IMG/VR virus record: IMGVR_UViG_3300026518_000010
Length of the DNA stretch: 64,000 nucleotides
Source: an uncultured virus (IMG/VR IMGVR_UViG_3300026518_000010)
Lineage: Duplodnaviria; Heunggongvirae; Uroviricota; Caudoviricetes
Reading direction: 5' to 3' (one strand)
How positions within the stretch are numbered: position 1 is the first letter of the stretch; each line of letters opens with the position of its first letter. The notes under the pieces are model-generated. The model did not search any database. It saw only the letters and a list, made by a program, of their open reading frames with translations, and had not been told where the DNA came from. The translations under genes and the position numbers were made by a program. This document shows, piece by piece, positions 48,104 to 57,967 of the stretch.

Positions 48104-48703
48104 TCACTTCTTGTCTTTTATTGCTGTATTTGAAACAATTATGTCTAAATCTTTTTCAATTCTTTTTACAATACCGTTAATGAACTCTATATATTCGTTT
48201 TCTAATTTTATAAGATCTTCTACGTTTTCTTCGTCTACGATAGCTGCTAGATTATTTATATCTACATTATTAACTCTTAAAATAGATACAAACTCACTTA
48301 TAACTTTCTCTATTTTACTTTTATCTTTAGTACTTATCGCTTTTAATATTTGTGATTTTAAAGCATTAAGTAAATCATTTCTAATGCTTATAACTAATGC
48401 AACGTCTTCAACAAACACATCTAGCTTCATAATTTTAATATCATCGTTAGATAATATATCTATAATTAGTTCTTTGTCTGGGTTTTCTGCACAAATTTTA
48501 TCACTAACAACTGCTCCTAAAACTAAATTATCAGATTTACCATTAGCTTCTAAAGTAATACTGTTAGTTGGTGTAAAATATTTAATAATAGAGTTACCGT
48601 CTTTTTCACCAATTACTAAAGGTATTTTTAAACAAAACGGCGATAAATCTATTTTACCTGTATTAGGAAATTCAACTTCTAATTTATAATCTTCACAATT
48701 CAT
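48104..48703 (-). CDS. Hypothetical protein
   Basis: 199 aa; preceded by CTAAAATGC (48725-48733). Confidence 0.7.
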   Translation of the reverse strand: MNCEDYKLEVEFPNTGKIDLSPFCLKIPLVIGEKDGNSIIKYFTPTNSITLEANGKSDNLVLGAVVSDKICAENPDKELIIDILSNDDIKIMKLDVFVEDVALVISIRNDLLNALKSQILKAISTKDKSKIEKVISEFVSILRVNNVDINNLAAIVDEENVEDLIKLENEYIEFINGIVKRIEKDLDIIVSNTAIKDKK

Positions 48704-48765
48704 TTTTTCTCCTTTAATTGTTCTGCATTTTAGAAATATAACTATAATTATTAATGGAAATATTT

Positions 48766-50079
48766 TTATATTAAATCGTCTAAATCTAATTTAACTAATT
48801 TAATAGATTGGTCGTGCATAGCTTTCATTGATGCGTTAAGAATAGTACCAGCCATATTAATTACCATAACTGAAATACCATTTTCATAATTTTTAACTTT
48901 ATCTCCCATACAAGTAGAGCATAAATTAGTATCAGTATGACAAAACATAGGGGATCTCATCATTACAGATTTATTAATAAATTGTTTAACATTCTCTTCT
49001 GTAACTAATACTGTTTTATTATTAAATATAACATACCTACCTATATACTGTTTTTTATTTTTATCTGTAATAATTATAGGAAGTCCTACTTTACTTTTAC
49101 AGTCTTCATTTACTATCTTTAAATCAGCTGTTGCTCTAAGCCCTTGCTTAGCAGCATAACCACCTTTCTGTGTTTCAGCACCCCTACTATAACTAGCAAA
49201 CCTAATATCGTTATATAGAACGGCTATAGCTTCTTTGTCTTTACTCCAGCCTTCTTCTAAGGAATTTTCTAAATAATGTGCTTTACCATCGTTATATAAG
49301 AAATCACCACCATGACCATATGCTGCGTACATTTTCTTTAAAGCTTGTTTAGATTTACCATTGGCTTCTAATAGTAATGTAGGATCATCTTTAGTAGCAT
49401 CAACTTCATATTCTTCTAATTTCTTATCTATTTCACCAACTACATCCATTCTCTCCATAGCATTTTCACCATATTTTTTCTTAGCTTCAGCTATAAGTTT
49501 TTTCTTATAAGCGTCAATGCCGTCTGGTGATTTCATAAGTTTAGGACCGCCGGCGTGAACTAAAAATTTATTTAATCTAGTAAGATAACTAACACTATCT
49601 ACAAAACTAGTATACTCATCAATACTTATTCTATCTGGGTATTTATCTTTTACATCGTCAGAAACTAAAAGTTCAACTATATAAACATTTTCAATATACG
49701 AAACTGTAAATTTCTTATTTATATAAGGTATTTTTCCTTTAAATGTTCTAATTAATAAAACATAATTAGCTATAAATCTACCTACTGTAGTATCTATATC
49801 TTCTTTAACACCAGGAAAACTATCTTTAGGCAAATACATTTTAATTTGTGGTTGTAAAATAGCATCTTTGTAATCGTTATCTAAAACAAATAAATCTATT
49901 TGCTCTTTATTTTCATCATTTGGTAACTTAACATAAAAAACATTATTCTCTACTTTAACAAATTCATCTTCATAATCTTCTGCTATAATAGTAAACATAT
50001 CCATTAACCATTGAAATGTAGCTAAGTAATCTAATTTACCAGCTTTAATTAAATAATCATTTAACTTAATTTCATTCAT
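48766..50079 (-). CDS. Virion RNA polymerase beta' C-terminal subunit (phiKZ gp80-like)
   Basis: TTVGRFIAN, bridge-helix ASYSRGAETQKGG, EDC, RSPMFC...CSTCMG Zn site, trigger-loop MKAMH. Confidence 0.88.
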   Translation of the reverse strand: MNEIKLNDYLIKAGKLDYLATFQWLMDMFTIIAEDYEDEFVKVENNVFYVKLPNDENKEQIDLFVLDNDYKDAILQPQIKMYLPKDSFPGVKEDIDTTVGRFIANYVLLIRTFKGKIPYINKKFTVSYIENVYIVELLVSDDVKDKYPDRISIDEYTSFVDSVSYLTRLNKFLVHAGGPKLMKSPDGIDAYKKKLIAEAKKKYGENAMERMDVVGEIDKKLEEYEVDATKDDPTLLLEANGKSKQALKKMYAAYGHGGDFLYNDGKAHYLENSLEEGWSKDKEAIAVLYNDIRFASYSRGAETQKGGYAAKQGLRATADLKIVNEDCKSKVGLPIIITDKNKKQYIGRYVIFNNKTVLVTEENVKQFINKSVMMRSPMFCHTDTNLCSTCMGDKVKNYENGISVMVINMAGTILNASMKAMHDQSIKLVKLDLDDLI

Positions 50080-51133
50080 CTTCGTTTCCTTTTATAAAGT
50101 TAATAAAACTTACTTTCATTTCTTCAGTAAATGAAGTTTCAATAATATTTTTAACTTTATCTAATACTTTAACGATACCTGATATACCTTTCATATCTCT
50201 TTCATAAAACAATTCTTTAATATAATCGTAACTGTTACTTATCGCTTCTTCTAAACTTGTCTGATAATTGATAATATTATCAGTTATTTTAAATAATGAT
50301 AAATCTAAAATATAACTAAATAATATTTTATCCTCTTCTATAAATGCATAATAATTAACAGTGTCTTTACTATTTAAATATTCTAACATATCTTTAATAA
50401 TGTCTTCTGTGTGTTTATTTATAAATTCTTTATTTTTAAATAAGTATTTTAAATCCGGACCAACACTTATTAACATACTACCAAACACGCTATTATTAGT
50501 AAGATTTAAAATAGTATTATTAATATTCTTTAATAATAACAAATCTTTAATGTCGTAATCAATTTCACTATCATCTATTGTAGTAGACACTAAATCATTA
50601 ACTTTAATTTTTATAGTATTGAAAAATGATGCTTTAAAATCTTCAATAACATTATAAAATACATCTTCTTTTAAATCGTCTTTATAATAAGATAAAATTC
50701 TATAAACAATTTCAATATCTTCAATATTATCATTATTAATTAAATCAGAAAAATAAATAGCGTCAATATCTGTCATATTTTTAACTAGCCATAAAGATTC
50801 GGCTACTTCTACAAAAAATCCTATATATTCAGAATAATCTTCATTTACCAAATCATCAGAAACAACTAGTCCAATATTTTCAATAAGTTTAACTATATGC
50901 GACAACACCAAATTAATGAATAATAATTTAGACCCATCTATATCTAAATTAATCCTGCTAGAATTTATAAAATTGTAAACATCTAAACTATAATCAGAGT
51001 ATCCAAATTTATCCATAACTCTTATAGCTCTAATTAAAAAATCCTCATTCGTTCCTTTAAACATATCTCTGATAAAAAAGATAAGAGAATCATTCATATA
51101 CACCTCTTGTTCTGTTTCGTTATATACTTGCAT
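50072..51133 (-). CDS. Acidic hypothetical protein coupled to the vRNAP subunit gene
   Basis: 353 aa, overlaps downstream start. Confidence 0.65.
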   Translation of the reverse strand: MQVYNETEQEVYMNDSLIFFIRDMFKGTNEDFLIRAIRVMDKFGYSDYSLDVYNFINSSRINLDIDGSKLLFINLVLSHIVKLIENIGLVVSDDLVNEDYSEYIGFFVEVAESLWLVKNMTDIDAIYFSDLINNDNIEDIEIVYRILSYYKDDLKEDVFYNVIEDFKASFFNTIKIKVNDLVSTTIDDSEIDYDIKDLLLLKNINNTILNLTNNSVFGSMLISVGPDLKYLFKNKEFINKHTEDIIKDMLEYLNSKDTVNYYAFIEEDKILFSYILDLSLFKITDNIINYQTSLEEAISNSYDYIKELFYERDMKGISGIVKVLDKVKNIIETSFTEEMKVSFINFIKGNEDE

Positions 51134-51211
51134 TTTTTCCTCCAGTATTTTTTATAATAGAATTAATTCATTTGATGGCAATGAATACTAATTAACATTA
51201 AGGAGAAAAAG

Positions 51212-51802
51212 ATGAGTCATAATGAAGTAAAAACAGAGAACAAAGAAGCTAGATGGGAAGAACTAACTAACGCATACAAAACAGCAGCACAAACTTACGC
51301 TGTGGCGACATCGTATTTAACTAATATCTATAAAAAGTATAAACCTATTATTGATAAGAATCCAAATATTAAACTTATTTTAGATGGTGGTAGTAACACA
51401 TTAATAGGTATTAAGAAAATGATAGACGGTTTAGCGTTATCACATATCGAACCAGCTACAGAAGAAGATGAAAAAAATAATGTAGAAGTATTTAAAGGTA
51501 AAGATGGTAAATTAATGAAATTTAAATCTGGAGTAATAAACGACGAAGATGATGAATTAATAAAATCTGTTATTAAAACTTTAATAGCTTATAGTAATAT
51601 TTCTGGTAACATCTTTATCGTAACTAAAAATACTATTTCTGCTTTAGTAATAGACTTAGAAAAAGTAATTAACGATATAGAAGACGAAGAAGAAAGAGAA
51701 AAATATTTAAAACTTTTAGACGGTGATAAAGAAGAATTGGAAATAGTTGGCAAAGAAGAAGCTAAAGAAGGAGAAGAAGATGGAAAACCTACAGACAAAT
51801 AA
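51212..51802 (+). CDS. Hypothetical helical protein with acidic tail
   Basis: 196 aa, AAGGAG RBS. Confidence 0.7.
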   Translation: MSHNEVKTENKEARWEELTNAYKTAAQTYAVATSYLTNIYKKYKPIIDKNPNIKLILDGGSNTLIGIKKMIDGLALSHIEPATEEDEKNNVEVFKGKDGKLMKFKSGVINDEDDELIKSVIKTLIAYSNISGNIFIVTKNTISALVIDLEKVINDIEDEEEREKYLKLLDGDKEELEIVGKEEAKEGEEDGKPTDK

Positions 51803-53324
51803 AAAATTATTTAAAGTAGATGAAAAAATAAAAGAACCTATTGGTAAACTATTATTAGATTACCTTAAACAATACTCAGATAACAATAACAAAAATATCA
51901 ACGATTTAACTTTAGAAGAATTGGAAAAAGAAATTGTTCTTTTTCCATCTGTATTAAATAGTAAACTTGCTGAGTATATTAAAAACTTTGATAATCTATC
52001 ACCAGAAGAAGTAGATGAATTACCTGATGATGTTAGAATGCTTTTATTAAAACTTGGAGATGTTATAAGCGCTATAGATAACCCATCTAGTACTTATCTA
52101 TTTGAAAAAGATATTACTAAAAAACCACTGCATAACGAATCAGTAGTTAACGATATAAAATATAACGATAAAGATTATGGTATCAGTTACCCTACAATTA
52201 AAAAAGTAAAGTCAGACGCTTCTTTCCTAATGGAATTACAAGAAGGAGTTGGTTTAGGTAAAATGACTAAAATAATCTTATGGAATAGTGGACTATGGTT
52301 AACTATAAGACCACCTCAAAATGAAGATCTTATTAATCTTTATACTAAACTTACACAAGAAATTGATTATATTTCTGAGAATACAACTATGTATGGGTTC
52401 AGTAATATTAGTACAGTATTCTATAAAGTAGTATGGGAATATGTTGTTAATCATTTAGTAGATAGTAGTTTAAATGTAAATCCTAAATACTTAGCTAGAT
52501 ATATTTCAATTCTAGATATGGATACAATTTTATTAGGAGTATTATCACAATTATTTTATAATGGATTTAATACAACTCTATTATGTAAAAATAACTATGA
52601 GTTAGATGAAAATGGTAAACCTAAATGTAATTACAGTTATAAAATAAACTTAGACTTACCTAAATTACTTTGGACTGATACAAGTAGATTAAATACAGAA
52701 ATGATGTCTATCATAAGTAAGAGAGGACCAAGAAGTCAGAAAATTGAAGATATAAAAGAATACCAAAAACATTTACAACCAAATGATATTAAAACTATAA
52801 TTACTCTTAATAACGGTAAAGAGTTAGAATTAGAATTAGGTATTCCTAATTTAGAAACTAGTTTTGATAACTCTGAAATTTTTATATTAGAAATAAACAA
52901 ATTCATAAATAAAAGTTTATCTAGTATAAAAACTGATGAAGATACGGAAACTATTAAAGACAATCTAAAAGGTATGGCTGTTAAAACATTGTTTTTAGGA
53001 ATCTATAGTCAATATGTCAAATCTATGACACTAGGAACATTTAAAACAGATAAACAAGCTACTATTTTAGAAGCATTGAAAACATTAAGTACTAATGCTA
53101 CTGATGTTAATAACATTATTAATAAAATCAATAACTTCATTACTAATGCTAGTATCACAACGATCGCTATTCCAGATTTTGTATGTCCTGTTTGTGGAGC
53201 TTCGCAGGCAACAAATGAAACAGCGTTTGAAGATCTAGTACCTGTTAATATGGTTAACTATTTTTTTACTTTATCGAAGCTCCGCTTTATGAAACAATTA
53301 CTAGAAAAAGCAGAGACAAAATAG
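51780..53324 (+). CDS. Tail/baseplate-hub assembly chaperone-like protein (T4 gp26-like)
   Basis: LWNSGLWLTIRPP, two Cys pairs incl. CPVCG, C-terminal VNYFF; start at ATG 51780 behind AAGGAG. Confidence 0.6.
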   Translation: MENLQTNKKLFKVDEKIKEPIGKLLLDYLKQYSDNNNKNINDLTLEELEKEIVLFPSVLNSKLAEYIKNFDNLSPEEVDELPDDVRMLLLKLGDVISAIDNPSSTYLFEKDITKKPLHNESVVNDIKYNDKDYGISYPTIKKVKSDASFLMELQEGVGLGKMTKIILWNSGLWLTIRPPQNEDLINLYTKLTQEIDYISENTTMYGFSNISTVFYKVVWEYVVNHLVDSSLNVNPKYLARYISILDMDTILLGVLSQLFYNGFNTTLLCKNNYELDENGKPKCNYSYKINLDLPKLLWTDTSRLNTEMMSIISKRGPRSQKIEDIKEYQKHLQPNDIKTIITLNNGKELELELGIPNLETSFDNSEIFILEINKFINKSLSSIKTDEDTETIKDNLKGMAVKTLFLGIYSQYVKSMTLGTFKTDKQATILEALKTLSTNATDVNNIINKINNFITNASITTIAIPDFVCPVCGASQATNETAFEDLVPVNMVNYFFTLSKLRFMKQLLEKAETK

Positions 53325-53866
53325 ATAAAAAGATAGATAACATTTTTAATAATTATTATGTTAGATTAAATAATGAAATTAAAAATAGAAAACTATCTTT
53401 TTATAAAGAATATATGTTCAAAGATTATGAGTCTCTATTCGATGAAATGTCAGACGGATTAGCAAAGTCTTCAAACTTTGCTAATATAAATACAGAATTA
53501 CAAGCAGAGCAATATAGACGTAAGTTTACTGAATTCCTTATGCTAGGTAAAAAATTAAACCCTGTAACAGACAAAGATGTCTATATGGGTTTATTTGATG
53601 TAATGCATACTGGTAATAAAAGTGACAGTTTAACCAATAGTAAATATCCTAAATTAGCTTTAAACTTTATTATAGGTGAGTTAAGTAAATATTTAGGAAT
53701 GAGTTATAAAGACTTCTTAAAATTAACTATAGAGGAAACTGATATACTTTTAGATATAGTTACATTAAAACAAGAAAGTATAGAAACAGTAAATGAAGAA
53801 TTATATAAGGATTTAAATAAAGAAAAAAAATCGACCGATGATCAGTTTATGTTTGGAGGTATTTAA
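53258..53866 (+). CDS. -1 frame extension of the chaperone (ORF track start 53414)
   Basis: Frame open from 53258; ATG 53414 lacks an RBS; LSKYLGMSYKDFLKLT resembles chaperone extension domains. Confidence 0.6.
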   Translation, partial: LFFYFIEAPLYETITRKSRDKIDKKIDNIFNNYYVRLNNEIKNRKLSFYKEYMFKDYESLFDEMSDGLAKSSNFANINTELQAEQYRRKFTEFLMLGKKLNPVTDKDVYMGLFDVMHTGNKSDSLTNSKYPKLALNFIIGELSKYLGMSYKDFLKLTIEETDILLDIVTLKQESIETVNEELYKDLNKEKKSTDDQFMFGGI

Positions 53867-54573
53867 TGGAAAATAATATAAACGTATTTAAAGATATTTA
53901 TTTAGACCTAGACGCTATCTTAGATACGCGTCTTGGTGTTCTTTATACTCTTGACCAAGGTCTATATGAATATTATCAAAATGAAGGAAAAAAAGAATAT
54001 AAGAATCGTCTCATAGATGAATTTGATTATATACCTAATAAAGTATTTAGGTATTACTATAATCGAAGAAATAAATTTATTTTAAAACATAGTAAATTAA
54101 CACCATTATTAGCAATACTTAATATAACTATTGACGATATGGTTAGTAAAAGAGTTATGGCTGATAAAAGTATTAAAAAACTTAAAATAGATGTAAACTA
54201 TTACCCCTATAAATTAGACGAGGATGAGATATTAAAACTAAAAGCTAGCGTATATAGCCAAATAAGTGCTAAAGAATTTGTTATTATAGAATTTATAAGT
54301 ATTCCTTATGAAGATTTAACATCTAGTTATTGTAATAATTATGGAGTTATGGCTATGTATGATGGTAACGATTGGTTAGACAAAAGAGGGTTATTGAAAG
54401 ATATTAAAATAACTTTACCATCTACTCATTTACTATTACCTTATTTATTAACAAAACCAATAGTATTTAAATCAGGAGAGACTCTAGAAAAATACTTTAG
54501 TAATATTAAAGAATTATTTAGTTACTATATAAAACTTGAATATAATAGGACAGAATTATTTTCAGCAGTATAA
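53866..54573 (+). CDS. phiKZ-like conserved protein with N-terminal DxD (HAD-like) motif
   Basis: IYLDLDAILDTRLG; VNYYPYKL; GGAGG RBS. Confidence 0.6.
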   Translation: MENNINVFKDIYLDLDAILDTRLGVLYTLDQGLYEYYQNEGKKEYKNRLIDEFDYIPNKVFRYYYNRRNKFILKHSKLTPLLAILNITIDDMVSKRVMADKSIKKLKIDVNYYPYKLDEDEILKLKASVYSQISAKEFVIIEFISIPYEDLTSSYCNNYGVMAMYDGNDWLDKRGLLKDIKITLPSTHLLLPYLLTKPIVFKSGETLEKYFSNIKELFSYYIKLEYNRTELFSAV

Positions 54574-54599
54574 AAAAAAATAAAACTAAAGGAGAGAGG

Positions 54600-54989
54600 T
54601 TAGAGATAAACTCTAACCTTTTTCCAATTCTCCCAAGTCTTATCCCTATTAAATAACCAAGCTGTTTCTTTCACATCTTCACGTGAAAGTTCGTCCACAG
54701 TAAGTAATAAGTATTTGCTACTTACTCCTAACTCAACTGCTAGTCTTAGAGCATTAGCAAACTTTTTAGCTTGTCTAACCTCTTTAACTTTAGCTTCTTC
54801 AAAGTCATAAATGACTTTTTCAATTAACCCTACTGCTAACGATAAGTATTTAAACTCATCATCTGTTAAACTATAGTATTCACAAATATCTTTAAAATAA
54901 CATAAATAAATACTGCTATTAGTTAAACTACCATCAATTACATCACCGCTTTTATTTAGTGTTACATTTCTAAATTTTACTTTTGACAT
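54600..54989 (-). CDS. Hypothetical protein
   Basis: 129 aa behind structured leader copy 3. Confidence 0.7.
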   Translation of the reverse strand: MSKVKFRNVTLNKSGDVIDGSLTNSSIYLCYFKDICEYYSLTDDEFKYLSLAVGLIEKVIYDFEEAKVKEVRQAKKFANALRLAVELGVSSKYLLLTVDELSREDVKETAWLFNRDKTWENWKKVRVYL

Positions 54990-55087
54990 TTTTGTCTCCT
55001 TAAAGACTGAATAGTGTTCATAATTTTCCTACTTTAAAAGCGTACTCTGTTACTACTAACTATTCAAAATTATTTTTTACATTTTAG
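54990..55087 (-). promoter_or_regulatory. Conserved structured 5' leader, copy 3
   Basis: Homologous to copies at 5.5 and 13.4 kb. Confidence 0.8.
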
Positions 55088-55125
55088 ACATATGTAATCA
55101 TTATTTCTTTAAAATAAAAAAAAAT

Positions 55126-55153
55126 ATATAAGTGAGAATTTTCTCACTTATAT
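55126..55153. terminator. Intrinsic terminator
   Basis: ATATAAGTGAGAA/TTCTCACTTATAT after RNAP gene. Confidence 0.75.
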
Positions 55154-55154
55154 T

Positions 55155-56828
55155 TTAATCAGCACCTTCTACTTTAGCATCATCACTATCGATAAGTTTA
55201 TCTAATAAATCGTTATTTTCAATTTTACCTTCTAACATCACATTAACTTTATCTACAAAGTTTTTATAGTTGTCTAATTTAAATTTACCTGTTTGTTCAT
55301 CTACATCTGTAAATAAGTTTATTCTAACTCTAGGTGTAGGTGATTTCTTAGGTAAATATAATATTGAACCTACTACTGCATCTTCTGCTCTAATCTGTCT
55401 AGTATATCTAGGGAAAGCATTATTCTTATCTCTAACTACTCCAGCTCCTCTATTTTGGTCTTCTAAGAAAGCTGCTATTTTAGGATATAAATTATCTGCA
55501 GTATAATCGATAGGCATAATAGCTAAATTAACTCCACTAGATTTAATAATAGAATATATCTTTCTAGTAGATATCTCTTTATTAAATACATTGTTAATCT
55601 CTTTAATAGATATCTTACCTTTACTGTAATTCTCATTAATTTTAAAGAATGCTTTATTAATTCCAGTAATAATATTAAATAAGATATAGTAAAGTATTTC
55701 GATATATCTATTATTTATATCTCCTGATCTTTTTTCACTATTAACAGTTAATGCTAAGAAATTCTTAATAATATAAGCTAATAAATCATAGAAATCTTCT
55801 ACGAATATATTAATTTCTTTTAATTTCTCTTTAACCGTAACATCTAAATAACCATCTAATAATGTTAAATGTACATCCATATTTTCGATAAGTTTATCTA
55901 TTTTAAACCCATCTCTGAATATGATTTTACCTAATAGTATTTTCCAGAACTTATTCTCATTAGGTGTATTAATTCTTTTAAAGAATGCCATAGTTACATA
56001 ATCTGGATATAAATCAAAACTTGCTAATAACCCTGCTATAAGATTTTGTACAAAAATGTTGTCTTGTTCTTTAGGAACTAAAATCTTTATACCGTGCGGT
56101 CTATAATTGTTAGTTTTGATAATTTTAGGTTTAACACCTATTGATTCATACACATTATATTTATCAGTATACTTGCTAGCATCTTCTTCTTTAGTAAGTA
56201 TTTTAATATCAGCACCTGCTCTGTTCTTAAATGTGTTCATTATACCGTCTTTATAAAATAAGTATAACGCTAATGGTATCTTATCATACACTCCGCTATT
56301 TTTTAATTTATAAGATTTAGCATAGATGTATGATAATCTAATAACTACTCCATTTTTAATATAATTTCTATCTATCCTTTTAGCTGTAATTTTATCTTTT
56401 AGTAATCTAATAAAGATTTCATTACCTGTTGGATTAATAGAATACTCAGTAAGTACTGGAGTAATTACATAAGGTGTATCTGATAGATAAATTATACTTC
56501 CATTTTCTTCTACATAAGGTAAAGCCATAATTCTAGTTATCTCTTCACCTTTAAGATTAAATTTAAATTCTACTTTATATAAATAGTTTTTAGCTATATC
56601 GTATCTATTATTATTTAAATCAAATCTATATTCTTCTTCCGGAGTAAGAGGTCTATAACCTTCGTACACTAATCCTATATTAGGATTAAGATTATTTACA
56701 TTATTTCTAATAAGACTATCTATAAATTCTACTGCACCATAAATAGATTTTTTAGCTAATCCCTCTATAATATCTCTATTAATTTTTTTCTTAGTACCGT
56801 CTAGTACATCTCTTAAAATGCTATTCAT
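55155..56828 (-). CDS. Non-virion RNA polymerase beta N-terminal subunit (phiKZ gp123-like)
   Basis: 557 aa; PEEEY, LPYV..GSII.LSDTPYVITPVL, IFIRLLKDK, YLD, C-terminal LPK..P...RIN; three genes upstream of MCP as in phiKZ gp120-123. Confidence 0.8.
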   Translation of the reverse strand: MNSILRDVLDGTKKKINRDIIEGLAKKSIYGAVEFIDSLIRNNVNNLNPNIGLVYEGYRPLTPEEEYRFDLNNNRYDIAKNYLYKVEFKFNLKGEEITRIMALPYVEENGSIIYLSDTPYVITPVLTEYSINPTGNEIFIRLLKDKITAKRIDRNYIKNGVVIRLSYIYAKSYKLKNSGVYDKIPLALYLFYKDGIMNTFKNRAGADIKILTKEEDASKYTDKYNVYESIGVKPKIIKTNNYRPHGIKILVPKEQDNIFVQNLIAGLLASFDLYPDYVTMAFFKRINTPNENKFWKILLGKIIFRDGFKIDKLIENMDVHLTLLDGYLDVTVKEKLKEINIFVEDFYDLLAYIIKNFLALTVNSEKRSGDINNRYIEILYYILFNIITGINKAFFKINENYSKGKISIKEINNVFNKEISTRKIYSIIKSSGVNLAIMPIDYTADNLYPKIAAFLEDQNRGAGVVRDKNNAFPRYTRQIRAEDAVVGSILYLPKKSPTPRVRINLFTDVDEQTGKFKLDNYKNFVDKVNVMLEGKIENNDLLDKLIDSDDAKVEGAD

Positions 56829-56842
56829 TTTGTCTCCTTTTT

Positions 56843-57874
56843 TTATAATAATTTTAAAACATCTTTTATAAAACCAAATGCTGAACTAACTTGCTGTTCT
56901 TCTGCTCTCATTTCCTTTAACTTAATCTCATGTGTTAGTTTCCTTTCAGATAACTCTACATCTTTCTCTGCTTTAGCTAAACTAAGATCATTTGTATACT
57001 CTAAAGTTTTTATATCATTGTTAAACTTTATTTCCATCTTAGTCAAATCTATTATGTCGCGATATTTTTCATACGCAATTTTTCTTATTTCTTTTTTAAG
57101 ATTTATTTCATCATTCACCTTACTTTCTAATCTATCTTTTGTAAATGATGCTAATTTATTACTAGTTGTAGATATGTCATCGCTTAAATCTCCTAAAAAT
57201 CTATTTAACCTATGCTCTTTACCATCAGTATCTAAATATAATCCTTCTGGTAAATCTTTATTTTTCACAATAGGAATTCTTAATTTAACTTTTTCATCTA
57301 TTTGTATTATCTTACTATCAGATGGTGTAATAAAATCTACATAAAATAATTTTATTGGTAATCCTAAATCGTTACTATTAATTTTGCTTTGTTTATTACC
57401 ATATTCATTTATGTCTTTTATTATAATAAAACTATCAACATTAAATACTTTATATTCATTTACCACTTTTTCAGGTATGAAATAAATTAATCTAATATTT
57501 GCATTAAATCTATAATTTTCTTTTATCTCTGTTAACTTATTTATATACTCATTATTGTTAGTATTACTATAACCTAACTTTATATATAAACTAATAAACT
57601 TATCTATGGTATCTATATCAATACCTTTATAATAAATAGTCTTTATAATAAAATATCCTTTATCTGGTAATATTTTATTCATCTCTGGTTTGTACATAAA
57701 CATATGTACTAAATCATTATCCATTAAATATATTTCACTATCGCTAGTTCTATAAAAATTATATCTAATATTCGGATATACAACATCTTCGTTTTCAGAA
57801 ATATTACTTCCTCTATATGAATATAGAGTATCGTCATTCACCATTTCTGTATCAAACATTCTTTTAATTGTCAT
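56843..57874 (-). CDS. Hypothetical protein with C-terminal coiled coil (phiKZ gp122 position)
   Basis: 343 aa; preceded by CTAAACTGC (57899-57907). Confidence 0.65.
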   Translation of the reverse strand: MTIKRMFDTEMVNDDTLYSYRGSNISENEDVVYPNIRYNFYRTSDSEIYLMDNDLVHMFMYKPEMNKILPDKGYFIIKTIYYKGIDIDTIDKFISLYIKLGYSNTNNNEYINKLTEIKENYRFNANIRLIYFIPEKVVNEYKVFNVDSFIIIKDINEYGNKQSKINSNDLGLPIKLFYVDFITPSDSKIIQIDEKVKLRIPIVKNKDLPEGLYLDTDGKEHRLNRFLGDLSDDISTTSNKLASFTKDRLESKVNDEINLKKEIRKIAYEKYRDIIDLTKMEIKFNNDIKTLEYTNDLSLAKAEKDVELSERKLTHEIKLKEMRAEEQQVSSAFGFIKDVLKLL

Positions 57875-57936
57875 TTCTTCTCCTTTAAATTTATTCTTGC
57901 AGTTTAGTAATTTATCTATGAGAAAATATTGAAATA

Positions 57937-57966
57937 AAAGTTTACAGGTTTTTACCTGTAAACTTT
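57937..57966. terminator. Palindromic terminator
   Basis: AAAGTTTACAGGT/ACCTGTAAACTTT. Confidence 0.75.
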
Positions 57967-57967
57967 A

